This document shows positions 12,750 to 25,891 of a stretch of 64,000 bases of DNA, piece after piece (position 1 is the stretch's first letter; each line of letters starts with the position of its first letter). The position numbers and the translations under genes were made by a program. The stretch covers positions 85,498,001-85,562,000 of the forward strand of contig OX597822.1 in assembly GCA_951406725.2 (NCBI GenBank). The letters run 5' to 3'. This DNA is from Octopus vulgaris. Lineage: Eukaryota. The notes under the pieces were generated by a model. The model saw nothing but the letters and a program-made list of their open reading frames with translations, was not told the origin of the DNA and searched no databases.

Positions 12750-14808
12750 ACATGCAATTTGCAATTTGGGAGACTGTAGCAGTCCGACTTGCCAGGAAAG
12801 GACGTCGTAAGGGTGAACAGGATTACAAATTGCACAAATCAGAGATCAACAGGAGAAAGGGCAACAGGTCAGCCAACCACCTCAAGCAGGTGACAAAAAA
12901 AAAGGCAGTGCTTGAATTTGAACAACGCATTGCAACCAACCCTGACAGCAAAGTGTTCTGGAAGTATGTGCACTCAAAGCAGAGACCTCACTCTCCAGTT
13001 GGTCCCCTTCGCAATCCCCACACAGGACAGATTACTGGCAATCCCAAAGAATATGCAGAAATCATTGCTGGATGCTATGCCGGCATCTTTACTGTCGAAG
13101 ACCAAAATGTTCCATCTTCATCACTACTGACACCGGACTCTATATCTACTATGCAATTTACACCAGCAATGCTACAACGCCACCTTAAGAATAAACGCAA
13201 CTCTCCTGGTCTCGATGGTGTTACATACCTACTTCTCAAACGTGGTGGGTACTTTCTTCTAAGCCAACTTTCTCTATTCTTCCAATTCTGTCTTGACAAT
13301 GGTGTTACTCTAGAGCAGTGGAAAACTGCCAGTGTTATCCCTCTGTTCAAAAAAGGTGACCGCACATCGCCTGTCAACTAGTCTTACTAGCTGCATCGCC
13401 AAACTGATGGAATCCTGTGTCAGGGAAACCCTCTGGAACTTCTGGAAGTCTCACAGCCTCATCCAGCCGTTACAATTTGGATTTATTCCTAACTCCAGCT
13501 GCTGTAATCAACTCATCGAGTTTCTTGAGGACATTACCCAAATCACTGATCGCGGATCCTGGGTAGATGTTGTTTACATGGACTTTGCTAAGGCTTTTAA
13601 CTCTGTGTCACACAAAAGACTTATGGTGAAACTCTCTGCGTTGGGCGTAAGAGACGAACTCCACAACTGGTTGAAGTCCTTTATTTTCGGCCGAAAGGAG
13701 GTTGTCACAGTTCTAGGACAGCACTCTTCACCCTATGAGATGACATCTGGTGTACCACAGGGATCTGTTCTTGGCCCCCTTTTATTTGTTGCATATGTTA
13801 ATGACATAGATGCCAACTTAAAGAATGTCACAGTGCTGAAATATGCAGATGACATCAAGCTGTACCTCGAAATAAAGAGGTCAGATCCTGTACACTATAG
13901 ATCTCTATTGCAAGCAGACCTGGACACAATGCAGCAGTGGATCATGGACTGGCAACTCAAGCTGGCTGTGGACAAATGTATCACCATGCATTTTGGGAGG
14001 AGAAACCCAGCGTCCACTTACTCCCTCCACAACACTAATCTCAAAAAGTCTTCGTGTGAACGTGACCTGGGTGTTATTGTCGACAGCGATTTGCGTTGGA
14101 CAAAACACATCGCTAAAATTGCCAAGAAGGCTGAGGGTGTCTTGGCATCACTCACCAAGTCCTTTGTGAGCCGCTTACCGGCTATCTATCTGCGGCTTTA
14201 TATAGGTATGGTAAGACCTCACCTGGAATTTGCATCACCAGTCTGGAACCCCTATCTTGCCCAGGATATTAATCGTCTGGAAGCCGTTCAGCGATGTGCA
14301 ACCAAAAGAATACCCTCCATCAAGCATTTGCCATATTCTGAACGCCTTACTTCCCTGGGCATGGACACATTGAAACTCCGACGTCTGGCAGCTGACTTGG
14401 CAGACACCCATAAAATTATTAACCATCTTACAAACAATAAATCTGAGCACCTTTTCAAACTCCATCCGTCTAACACCCGTGGACATATTTACAAAGTCAG
14501 AAAACAGCACAGCTCCCATGACTTTAGGAAACATTTTTTCACGCCGAGAGTTGCTGAAGCATGGAACAAACTGCCGGCATCAGTTGTTATTTCGGAGCAC
14601 TGAATCCTTCAAAACTTCCATGCTTTCTGAGATTCGCCAACACTACACCTGATTTTATCCCCTTCATACACACGCAAGCATGTATCTGACTCATACACTG
14701 TTCGCTTTCCAGACATTTGTACATTACTGCATATACTTTATACGCACTTTCTGACAAGTTGTGGTGCACCTGAGCACTGTATACAATAATTTCATTATTA
14801 TTATTATA
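12750..14808 (+). mobile_element. 5'-truncated CR1-clade LINE, reverse transcriptase ORF2 with one frameshift near 13380
   Basis: ORFs 12650-13381 and 13332-14603 give SPGLDG, WKTASVIPLFKKGDR, DVVYMDFAKAF, SGVPQGSVLGPLLF, KYADDIK, HLEFASPVWNPY, TRGH, FFTPRVAEAWNKLP. The YRPI motif is deleted at the shift. Short (ATT)n tail near 14793-14806. Confidence 0.92.
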
Positions 14809-14818
14809 CATACATATA

Positions 14819-15044
14819 CAGGCTGCGGCAGAAGTAACGCCCTTTTGTATTCGAGTTTTCTAATTTCAAATCGAGTTCCTTCTTTAGTTCCTGAAACTTT
14901 TGCGATCTTCTTCATTAGTTTAATATTCATTTCTTTAATTAATCCAATAAACTAGGGTTCGATAAAAAAAAATTACTTAATAAACATTTATATACTATAA
15001 CAATTATTAAATGCAAAAAAGGGTGTTACTTCTGCCGCACCCTG
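14819..15044. mobile_element. 226-bp Tc1/mariner-type MITE
   Basis: TIRs caggctgcggcagaagtaacgccctttt and aaaagggtgttacttctgccgcaccctg (two mismatches in 28), flanked by TA on both sides. Confidence 0.9.
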
Positions 15045-15048
15045 TATG

Positions 15049-15118
<70 letters not shown>

Positions 15119-15121
<3 letters not shown>

Positions 15122-15617
15122 GGTGAGGAAGCAATATTTACAATATTTAGAGGCAGGGATTGAAAGACATTGTATGACCGATTAGTTTATTGAAAGTCAT
15201 GAGAATTTAATTGCCACAAGAAAATTTACATAATAGAAAATGTTTTTATTCTATGTGTCCTCCTTCTTTCTCAATAACTGCTTTCACACGCTTCCTGAAA
15301 CTGGCACAAGTGTTCCTCAAATATTCGGGAGAGAACTTCTCCCATTCCTCTTTAATAGTATCTTTAAGAGAGTCGACATTGCTTTGTGATGTTCTATTGG
15401 TAGCATGTTCTAAAACGCCCCAAATAGCATAATCCAGAGGGTTTAGATCTGGGCTAGAAGGCGGCCATAAACATGATTCAAAAAAATTGCTAAAGCTGGA
15501 TTTGCAGAAATCTTGTATTTTTCTAGCTTTGTGGGCTGGGGCACCATCCTGTGTCCATACATAATTACAATCTGGGTAGTTTGCTTTAAGCCATCGCAAT
15601 ACCTAGTATCTCAGAGT
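15119..15617 (-). mobile_element. maT (DD37D) transposon: 3' transposase fragment and right end
   Basis: ORF 15246-15599 reads QDGAPAH...WPPSSPDLNPLDY, with 37 residues between the last two catalytic Asp. Terminus TA|cagggtg at 15119. Confidence 0.85.
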
Positions 15618-15962
15618 CTCTTTTCAAGGTTGCTCTGGGACATTTTTCTAAGTCAAATTTCAATTGAATTTCTTTGGTAAATCCATGTACTGCCTGTAGT
15701 AGTGTTTCTAGCTGTTTATCATTTGTAGCGTATAGTTTTAGGTCATCCATATATAAGAGGTGGCTGATTGCTTTGCCGTAACATTTGTATTCGCATCCAG
15801 TTCTATTTAGCATGTCAGATAAAGGTGTCAGTGCCAAGCAGAAAAGGAGTGGAGAGAGCGTGTCTCCCTGGAATATTCCTCTTCTAATGGTAGCATGTGA
15901 GGCTATACGTGAAGAGCGAGCGAGAGACAGAGTGAGAAAGAAGGAGAGAGAGAGAAAGAAAC

Positions 15963-16008
<46 letters not shown>

Positions 16009-16640
16009 AGAGAGTTTTACTTTTCCGGTGAAGATCGACAAAAATATTATTATTTTTGGTTTTCACGAGTTCCTCTTTTGCTTGGAGCTGTAGCACTGTC
16101 TGCCATTTATTCATAGAGTGTCTTATGTATTTTATAATTATTGGTGCTACCTTGTTCATTGCTCGTGTTTCGAGGATTCACATGTGAGGAGTACTATCAA
16201 AAGTCTTTCGGTAGTCGATCCAGGCCATACTGAGGTATTTCTTCTTCCTGTGGCTGTCTTCAGTTATGGCTTTATTGTTCATTAGTTGATCTTTACTGCC
16301 GTATGAGCTTTTGCAGCATCCCTTCTGCTCTTCTGGAAACAGGTTGTTTTCTTCCAGATGCTTGCTCAATCTCTGCGATGTTACTGCAGTAAGGGCTTTG
16401 TAAATTGTAGGGAGACAGTTTATAGGCCTGTAGTTTTGTGGTTTTGCCGTTTCAGTGGATTTGGGAATTAGGATAATTTTCCCTTTCGCGAGTCATTCAG
16501 GCATTGTCTCTAGCTCTGCTCGTATGTCGTTAAAGTTTTCAGCCAGCTTTTTGTACATTCCTGTCAGATATCTTAACCAGAAGTTGGGGATCTTGTCGTG
16601 GCCAGGTGCCTTCCAGTTGCTTCCTCTTTGCTTAGTATTT
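15618..16640 (-). mobile_element. R4/Dong-like (restriction-like endonuclease clade) LINE, degenerate RT fragment
   Basis: NWKAPGHDKIPNFWL, NYRPINCLPTIYK, EQKGC, AWIDYRKTFDS, RRGIFQGDTLSPLLFCLAL, SHLLYMDDLKLY. Contains stops and shifts, is interrupted at ~15897-16052, and starts at a (TAA)n tract. Confidence 0.85.
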
Positions 16641-16715
<75 letters not shown>

Positions 16716-16747
16716 GTTATTATTATTACTATCATTATTATTATTAT

Positions 16748-16945
16748 TCCTTCGTAACACAGTGTAGGTAAAAATGCACCGGAGTCTTTAGTTATCTGTC
16801 AAGTCACTTTCCTTAAGATATGCGCTATGCCCAACAAGGCTGCTTTATGCAAGACATCAATCTTGCATGGGACTTCCAGTTGCCTTAAGAAGTCTTGAAG
16901 TTTCAATGGGATTGAGCCCAACGCTCCGATCACCACTGGTATCAC

Positions 16946-16948
<3 letters not shown>
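16748..16948 (-). mobile_element. 3' end of an R4/Dong-like LINE between two (TAA)n tracts
   Basis: KVIPVVIGALGSIP...LHKAALLGIAHILRKVT* (typical RLE C-terminus), a short 3' UTR, then TAA repeats. Confidence 0.8.
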
Positions 16949-17021
<73 letters not shown>

Positions 17022-17188
17022 GTCGTTACTGTTACTGCCATCATCATTGTTTTGTTATTGTTTTTATTGTTATTTTTTTTGTTCTTGTTTTTGTTTTTAT
17101 TGCAGCCATCGTTATCGTCATCATCGTTGTTCCTGCTGTTGTTGTTGTCGACGTCTTTTGTCTGTGAGCAATAGAACCAGGACCACAT

Positions 17189-17221
<33 letters not shown>

Positions 17222-18158
17222 CACATGTCAAAGTCACCAGCCCTCTTCCACACGCACATATATACTCTCTTATACACATGCACGCGCACCTTCGTTTTGA
17301 GATCACCACTACTTTATTATCTCCCCTTCATCCTAGCTCTCCTGTGTGACCCTTCTGTCTGATATTTGCCATGATAGATTGCTAGCCACTACGCATTCGT
17401 AAGACGTCGACTGTAATTTTAAGGAACATTTCGCTGCTATCTCTAGCATGTTGATCAACCACCTCGCAAGACTCACTCGTTGACTCGTGACTCCGTTTCG
17501 GTCTTTGAGTCCGTCTCGGCGAGATAAGAATTATAAACTCTAATTGCCGGATTAAGGGTGGCGACGGTGACGGCGTAAGTGTGACTAAGGGTTAAAGGGG
17601 AGGGGCAGTTTGTTGTTTATTATCAACAAATACCTTTTGTTATTGGAAGTATTTGAAATCACCGATGACGACCGAAAACGAAAAAGGCGCAAAAAGTGGG
17701 TGGGGATCGAGACATATTCTTTTCTCTTTGCTTTTTTCCTTTTTTTTTTTTTTTTTGTTTTGCTTTTTATCTCGTTTCTTTTCTCATTAAATTTGTCGGC
17801 GCCAAAAACCTTCACCTGTTGCCGTGTGTCGCCTGATGGACAGGTGTGTTACATCAAACTTCCATCACAACACCGCCACACCCCAACGCCTCTGCCACAC
17901 ACACACACACACACACACATACTCAATTATGAAAATGAAAACAATAAAATCTCTAATATGGATTTCTTTTGCCGAGACACACGACCAATTGTGTGTAATT
18001 GGACGGAACACACACACACAGGCACACGCGCGCGCGCACACACACAGTCATATACATGTACACACACACACCCACAGAGCTTAAGGACCCTCAGCATATT
18101 ACTGATAACCTATTTTCAAGATCGAATGGAATGAAACAACAAACAACAACAACAACAA

Positions 18159-18204
<46 letters not shown>

Positions 18205-18661
18205 GTTTTTGGAAAGGTATTAAACCATGAACTATCATGGACGGGGAGTGAGGGGGAGAGGGCGGGCAGGAGGGAGTAGGAGGAGGGGGAAGAGGGGTGG
18301 GTTGAGGGAGGAAAACGGGGTAGGCTTTAAATGATTTTCCAATAAGTCATTAATTAGCAAAGTAATGAGAACTACAAGACAATTTTTTTTCTTTTGATGG
18401 CGACGATGATGATGATGGTAGTGGTGGTATGGTGATGATGATGATGATGGTAGTGGTTATGATGATAACGACGATGATGATGATGATGATGACCTGATCG
18501 CGCCACCCGTAGACAATTGCTGCTGTTAATCTCTACAGATCAACTGCTCCGACTGTTTTGGGGCCACTTAAAAAGTTGCGCTCACATACTTCACTTGGCA
18601 CTTAACTTTATTACCAACAGACACCACGCATAGATAGAAAGACTGGCTGATAGTGGAAGGA

Positions 18662-18701
<40 letters not shown>

Positions 18702-19110
18702 GTGTGTGCGTGTATGCATACGGACACCAACACAGGTATATCAGTATGGGTGGAAGAATGGATGAATAGATTGGTGACGGGGAAGCTACAAAGCCGTAAT
18801 AAGGAGAAATAGAGAGGAGAGAAAAACAGAGAGAGAGAGACAGACATACAGACACAGGCAGGGAGAGAGAAACAGACAGAGATAGACAGACAGATACACA
18901 CACACACATACATACATACATACATACATACATACATACATACATACATACATACATACATACACAATGAGCTGGAGAGACAAAGAAATAAAGAGAAATT
19001 TTAATAGACAGACAGACAGACAGACAGACAGAGAGGAAGAGAGAGAGAAGTAAATAGATAGATGGATAGAGAGAGATAGAGATAGAGAGAAAGAGGTAGA
19101 TAGATAGATG

Positions 19111-19192
<82 letters not shown>

Positions 19193-19210
19193 GATAGATA
19201 GATGGATAGC

Positions 19211-19266
<56 letters not shown>

Positions 19267-19451
19267 AGGGAGAGAGAGAGGGCGCTAGAAAGGTTGAAGC
19301 TGTTTATTAAATGCAGTAAAGGAATATGGCGAAGGATAGGAGAGAAGAAGGGGGGAAGAGCGAATCCCAACTTGGTTATAGATATATATATTTATCTGTT
19401 GTCTTTTGTAGACCTTTTGTTTCTCTGTCTATACAGACTAAATAATCGTAG

Positions 19452-19497
<46 letters not shown>

Positions 19498-19782
19498 AAT
19501 GACAGCGTGAGAGGGAAGGAAAAAGAGGAAGAGGCTGAGATATCTAACTACAAGCTAAGGGTCGTCGGTTCGTACTCTGCTGGAGAACCTCGCCTTGTCA
19601 ATAATCAAGGTACTTAAGCCGTAGTGCCTCTGTTTGTATGTATGTATGTATGTATGTATGTATGTATGTATGTATGTATGTATGTATGTATGTATGTATG
19701 CATGTATGTATCTGTGTGTATGTATGCATGTATGTATGTATGTATGTATGTATGTATGTATGTATGTATGTAGGTGTGTGTG

Positions 19783-19897
19783 TCATTGTTCAATTTTATT
19801 TCAAGATTTCTTGCCAATGGAGAAAGAGTCGGTTTCTAACCTAGATCCAAGGCTCCTTCATTGGAATTTCAACATCAACAACAGGGTAATTTTGTTT
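19783..19897 (-). mobile_element. 3' UTR fragment of an RLE-type LINE embedded in (CATA)n
   Basis: Homologous to 22403-22520 (tttcaagatttcttgc...tctaacctagatccaaggct...caacatc); flanked on both sides by (TATG)n. Confidence 0.7.
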
Positions 19898-19907
19898 GTA
19901 TGTACGC

Positions 19908-19940
<33 letters not shown>

Positions 19941-20064
19941 TGTATGTATGTATGTATGTATGTATGTATGTATGTATGTATGTATGTATGTATGTATGCA
20001 TGCATGCACGTATGCATGTATGTATGTATGTATGTATGTATGTATGTATGTATGTATGTATGTA

Positions 20065-20650
20065 CCAAGTCGCCCTTGGCCGCTACTGGTAACATGTAAC
20101 CCAGTACAACCTGTTGCATGGTCGGGTCGTCGGCGACTAAACGGGCAACCCCATCAAGCTTGCTTTGTGAAGAGGGTGATTGTTGGTCACCCTAAAGGAC
20201 GGAAAATAAGACCTGTCAAGGAGCGGAAGAGCTCATGAGCAGTCAACGGCCATCCAACAATATGTGTACATGTGTATATATGCATGTATGTATGCACGGG
20301 GATGTTGAGATACCTGAGTTGGTGTCCAGGCACGTGTTTGGCCCACTGTGAGTGGAGGAGGGCTCTGTTGTTTTCCTCTGTAGGAGAGGGAAACTCTGAG
20401 AGAAAACCTGCGACACTGACAATATTTGATGATGTAGACTAGTTCTTCTTTTCGAGTTTATGTCGTCCGTGTTCAGAGAGTGGGATTGGATTTGTACAAA
20501 TCTTTTCCCCACTATAAAGAATCATCATGCACAAGCATCGCTTGAAAAGAAAGTAAGACCTATCACAAAGATGGCTGGTCAAAGCCTTCGCATGTCTCGG
20601 ACTTTCGATCAGGCGATGGCAATACTGGAGCACGTGTTTGAAGCCATCGT
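20065..20650 (+). mobile_element. Probable retroelement 5' UTR or non-autonomous derivative (RTE-like)
   Basis: Complex-sequence block between (TATG)n tracts with a structured 5' end. The motif ctgtaggagagggaaactctgagagaaaacc resembles RTE 5' UTRs (from recall, not verified). Confidence 0.4.
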
Positions 20651-20884
20651 GTATGTATGTATGTATGTATGTATGTATGTATGTATGTATGTATGTATGT
20701 ATGTATTAAGAATATAAACATAATGTACGTTTCGTTATTTGTGCAAATATATACGTTGTTGCTTATGTGGATCTATATGCTTTGACTTATATATGTGTAC
20801 ACTTAAATATGCTACATGTTTGCATATATACACGTGCATATACACACATATAACATGTACACACGTGCATATATAGACCCGTTT

Positions 20885-21430
20885 AAACATGCTAAACACC
20901 TGGAATGTTTCATTAATCTCTGTCAGCTTTTGTTTCTTAAGTAATCAAGTTCTTCCTGCTTTTGTGAATTCCAGCTTCTCAATAATGGTTCTTAGGCAAT
21001 CAGTCGCGGAACCAAGAGTTCCAATGATTATCGGTAAAAATCGAATGCTCTTGTCCGGATGGATAAACTGCAAATTCCTCATCGGTTCACCATACATGTT
21101 TCCATGTTTTCGTTGTTACATATCTTTACGTTAACATCTACTGGATAAGTTTGGCGCATTCGGCATTTTGTTGTTATATCTGTTCCGTTATTGTGAAAGT
21201 GCATCCCTCAAAACGAGAGCTAATATTCCGGTTGTTAGTCCAAAATAGACTGCATTGACTGTTATTGTTGCTGTCACTTGGAAGCTTTCTGAGGACAGGT
21301 GTATTCGAGTAATATTCATAACATTGAGGCAGGTAGACCTGGTCATAACGTTCTCCCGGAACACAGGACTGAAGCCTGATCTGGACAGGCGTTCATATTT
21401 GAAAGTGGAATGAGAAAAGACTGTCAACCA
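20885..21430 (-). pseudogene. Highly degenerate RLE-LINE C-terminal fragment
   Basis: Manual translation gives FWTNNRNISSRFEG, PVDVNVK, MRNLQFIHPDKSIRFLPIIIGTLG; paralogous to 22670-22935. Confidence 0.55.
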
Positions 21431-21439
21431 GGCAAGCAA

Positions 21440-22100
21440 TATGAATACCAATGGTCTGTCTCTCTCCTTTATCACTAAATACTTTGTAATCGATAAGAAT
21501 ATTGCATATGTTGATGATGTGAGTAAAACCAGAGACGAAAGAATTCTGCATTATACTTTGAATGATATGGAAGTCAAAGCTGCCTGCATTCAATAAAATT
21601 ATATCCCACAATGCCTTTGCAGTGCCAGTGTAGTACCAACAATTTAAATACTAAACTGGACACTTGAAGAAGTCAGCAACTTAGACTTCTGGAACATCTG
21701 GACTAAGAAGATACGAAAAAAGAAACAAAGACTCGTAACTTCCACACCAACAGAAACACAGACAATATGTTTAACGGAAGGATTGAGGGAGAGGTTTAAG
21801 ATCAACCCAGACAAGCTTTGAGAGTCACTTAGACAGAATCTACTGAGCAGTAAAAGAGAGAGACGAGTACAACCGGTGTATACTCAACAGCAAAGGTAAC
21901 AGCATCGTATATAAAGAAGCCCTGAACAGGTGCTCTGGGTTTAGAGCTTTTCCACGCGAACGGTGGCTGAACTGACTTACTTAAACAGACACTCGCAAAA
22001 GAAATACTCATCGTCTCAGCAGAAATTCGTGCGCAGGTTACATATCCGGAAAGGTTCAGAATACCAACAACATCGATCGAAATAGTAGCCTCTCCTGGAC
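21440..22100 (+). pseudogene. Highly degenerate R4-like LINE post-RT region
   Basis: Manual translation gives IWKSKLPAFNKIISHNAFAVPV, LNWTLEEVSNLD, GRGLRS, NIDRNSSLSWT, with many shifts. Confidence 0.55.
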
Positions 22101-22112
22101 CTGCGATAAATA

Positions 22113-22213
22113 TTGTGCATGATATATCGAGCTCACCTGATACACCCCGAGTGCTACTCATCGGATTTGCATCTATGGCTTGGGTCACGGCATGGGAATC
22201 CACGGTTTTAAGC
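22113..22213 (-). mobile_element. mariner transposase HTH fragment
   Basis: KTVDSHAVTQAIDANPMSSTRGVSGELDIS resembles the second HTH of mariner transposases. Confidence 0.5.
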
Positions 22214-22288
22214 CTACATATATATATACATATGCATGTGTGAGTATGTATGTATGTATGTATGTATGTATGTATGTATGTATATATG

Positions 22289-22322
<34 letters not shown>

Positions 22323-22402
22323 TGTATGTATGTATGTATGTATGTATGTATGTATGTATGTATGTATGCGTGTGTGTGTGTGTGCGTGTGTGTGCGTGTA
22401 TG

Positions 22403-22937
22403 TAATTGCTCTGTTTTATTTCAAGATTTCTTGCTAATAGAGAAAGAGCCGGTTTCTAACCTAGATCCAAGGCTTCTTTCATTGGAGTTTCAACATCAAA
22501 AACGGGGTATTTTTGTTTCTATGTATGTATGTATGTATGTATGTATGTATGTATGTATGTATGTATGTATGTATGTTTGAAAAATTGTATATTTTGTTTT
22601 ATGTATGTATTCTCATGCATATAGTTGCATATCTAGACATGCTCATATTTATTTAAATGATAAACTCCTGGAAAGTTTTACAGATTTTTACAGTTCCATT
22701 GATGGATTGGATCTGTAGTCTTCGAATTAGCATTCTCCTTTCTGAATTTGAGAAGCCTAATTTCTCAAGTTTGGTATTTAGGCGGTGTGTTACATATCCA
22801 GGGTCCCAATAATTACAGATATAAACCTGAACTTGTAATCTGGATAGAGCAACTGCAGATTTCTTAATAGTTCAGCGTAGGTATTCTCTTTTTCACTGAT
22901 CTTCAGCTTTATGTTAACATCCGCTGGGTAGCTGATG
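22403..22937 (-). mobile_element. 3' end of an RLE-type LINE (endonuclease C-terminus plus 3' UTR) associated with (CATA)n
   Basis: ISYPADVNIKLKISEKENTYAELLRNLQLLYPDYKFRFISVIIGTL...IRRLQIQSINGTVKICKTF, then a UTR with an internal CATA tract; ends next to CA/CATA repeats. Confidence 0.7.
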
Positions 22938-23353
22938 TATGTATATCAATATATACACGTATATATTACAACTCAGAATAGCCTTTCATTCTTTGAGTAG
23001 CCATTCATTTTCGCTCTACCTAAACTATTGAGTACTACATAAAATATTGCTTGCAACTTGTAGCATATTTGTATGTTTTTCTTCCGTTATATTACGCTTT
23101 GTATGTATAACAAATATGTATAAATTGTTGTGTATAAATATGTACAAGCTATTGTTTTTTATTGCATTTATTGGGCGCCAATCAACAAAAGATAATGACG
23201 ATAATTAAGAACATTTGACTGGGGTAGGCGATATACGGGTATATGAGCGTGGAGGGTTACTCTTTATCGATAATGGCCACTTAACCAGATGCCGGATACA
23301 AACGCAACACGCGCACTCCTATATATATACATGTATATGTGTATATATGCCTC

Positions 23354-23398
<45 letters not shown>

Positions 23399-23959
23399 CT
23401 AAGTGTGTGGAGTGAAGGTGTATGTATGAAGGGCTCTTGATTAACAAATCATTAGATTACGGCAGTAATCGAAGTAAAGGAGAAAGAACATAAGACCAAG
23501 CGTAAGAATGTTCCCTCTTAGCCATGGCTGTGGAGCTTTTTGTGCGCCATTGACACTTTAATACAGCTGCCAGAGGAGTTGGTGCAGACGGCAAAGGTCA
23601 GCAATTTGAAACATTGTGTGCCTGAGTTCATATCAGGCAACAGGCGACTCGTATCTTTTTATTCAGGTAATCTCTTCAAGATCACTGCAATCGATTCTAT
23701 TATTCTGCTTATTAAAATGTGTGGCCATGCTGGGGCACCGGCTCTTAATTAAATATATCTTTTCTTAAATTGACCATAGAAGGCTGAAAGCCAGAGTGGA
23801 TCGGGAAAGGATTTTCATAATGTATCTAAAGGGACGAAATGAAACAGCTCAAGTAATCAAGTCCGGTACCGCAACAATTCTACTGCTCACACACACACAC
23901 CTTTAAACGTAAATGTATCAACGCGGCCATGCTGGAGACTCCTAATTTCAATGACGTTC

Positions 23960-24187
23960 ACTTTTTATCTTTTATCTTTTGCTCGTTTCAGTCCTTAGAC
24001 TGCGGCCATGCTGGGGCAGTGTCTAGAAGGATTTTAGTCGAGCGGATCGACCCCTAGCATTCATTTTTTTTAAAGCTTCGTGCATATTCTTTCGATCACT
24101 TTTTACCGAACCGCTAAGTTACAGGAACGCAAACATACCAACCCCGGTTGTGAAGCTGTGGGGGACAAACACAGACACAAAGACTCA

Positions 24188-24229
<42 letters not shown>

Positions 24230-24375
24230 CGGCTTTTTTCAGTCTCTGGTTACCAAATCCACTCCCAAGGCTCTATTCGGCCCGAAGTTATAGTGGAAGA
24301 CACCTGCCCAATGCGTCAAGCCATGGGACTGAACCCGGAATCAAGTGGTTGGGAAGCAAACTTCTTACCACATGG
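23960..24375 (-). mobile_element. SINE family B, diverged near-full copy
   Basis: Colinear with 31770-32182, including the internal (CA)n and the gactgcggccatgctgg tail. Confidence 0.75.
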
Positions 24376-24589
24376 CCTGAGCCTGATTGAGGGAGACGTT
24401 TCTCATGAATAGGACACTAATATATTACAGATAAAAACTTCACCCAAACTCTGTAACCATTATTTCACCACTGGATTCACTCTGTCTCCAAGAGCTTCGT
24501 GGAGAGAAGACTTGAGAATTGGTGTTAATGGTTTCATGGATCCAAACGGATGAGAGATAAATTTGATACCGTGCTTAGTCTATCTCAAG

Positions 24590-24830
24590 TGAAGGCGCGT
24601 GGCCCAGTGGTTATGATGTTGCACTATCGATCGCAATATAGTGGTTTCGATTCCCGGACCAGGCAGTGCATTGTGTTCCCGAGCAAGTTGCTTAATTTCC
24701 CGTTACACCAGTCCACTCCATTGTAATTGAGTCACCCTGCAACGCCCCAGAGTCCCGTTCAGGGGGGAATGTTGAGATCTCAGTTACTGAAACGGGTATC
24801 TGGCCTGGTAAGGCCTGGGGGTTAAGACAG
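24590..24830 (+). mobile_element. Diverged tRNA-derived SINE
   Basis: ggcgcgtggcccagtggtta...ggtttcgattcccggacc...ttgtgttcccgagcaag (A/B boxes plus CORE-like segment). Confidence 0.6.
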
Positions 24831-25858
24831 AACAACTACAATTACTAGCAGTATCAGTTTATCACCGGTTAAGTCACCAGGAGACAAAGTACCTGATTTC
24901 TGGACTAATATATTACAAAGCCTGGAATGCGATAAAAGGACAGTGGGGAATTTGAACTCGTGATTCCGGTACAGACTGTCTAGTACGCTATTACTGTATT
25001 TACATATTTCAGCTACAACACATTCATTTCAGGGTCCTGTCAAGTTCAACACTGAAACCATTGCTATTTATAGGAACTGTATACTCGGGAATTTATCCAC
25101 TTCACCATTGCTGTCTTCCGTATTTCACCATCACTCAAATGCCTAAGTATCATTAAACGTATAGTTTTCGTTTTCGCTGTGTGTGTGTATGTGTGTATGT
25201 GTGTATGCGCGCGCGCGCGTGTGAAGAAATAAAATCAGGAACACATATCTTTTGGAAAGAAGTGTTTGTAATGTGTAAACGCTTTCGTTGTGTACAGCTT
25301 TTCAGACACACAAATATGGAGTTATTTGTATAGCGGAAGTTATTTTTAGTAATAGAGTTGACTATATCTGATTTCCTTTCGGATTTGGAACTCTTATAAA
25401 ATATTATTTTTCTTTTCGTAATTGATCACATCATTCCTTTATTTTCAAAAATATTTTTTTTTAAAAAGGAACATCAAGGGATGTCCGCAGATGACTAGAT
25501 AGATACATATTAAAATATTGGAAGAATGATATAAGTTACATTAAGGCCATGGAGCAATGAACCAAACCGGAACGACGCTGAACAGAGAGTCAATGGACAA
25601 ACTTGATGAATGTTGAAAGAAGGTGAAAGACTTTTTATTATCTGGTAAATATTTATTTTAATAAAGAATATATGATGCAATTATATATCAATTTATAAAA
25701 ATATATAAAAATGTAAAAAATATACAAATATATAATAAGGCGCGGACTTAAAAAGGGTTAAAATGACGGAACTTGTCCTGCACCATAACAAAGCAATGTT
25801 TTTGCTGTTGTTATTGTTGTTGTTGGTAGTGGTGCTATTGTTGTGGTTGCTGTTGTTG

Positions 25859-25891
<33 letters not shown>

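Noticed and set aside
17480-18400. Unique-looking segments with TAAT/TAATTA motifs as developmental enhancers (also 47280-47540)
   Set aside because: Short motifs are expected by chance; this cannot be supported without conservation or chromatin data.
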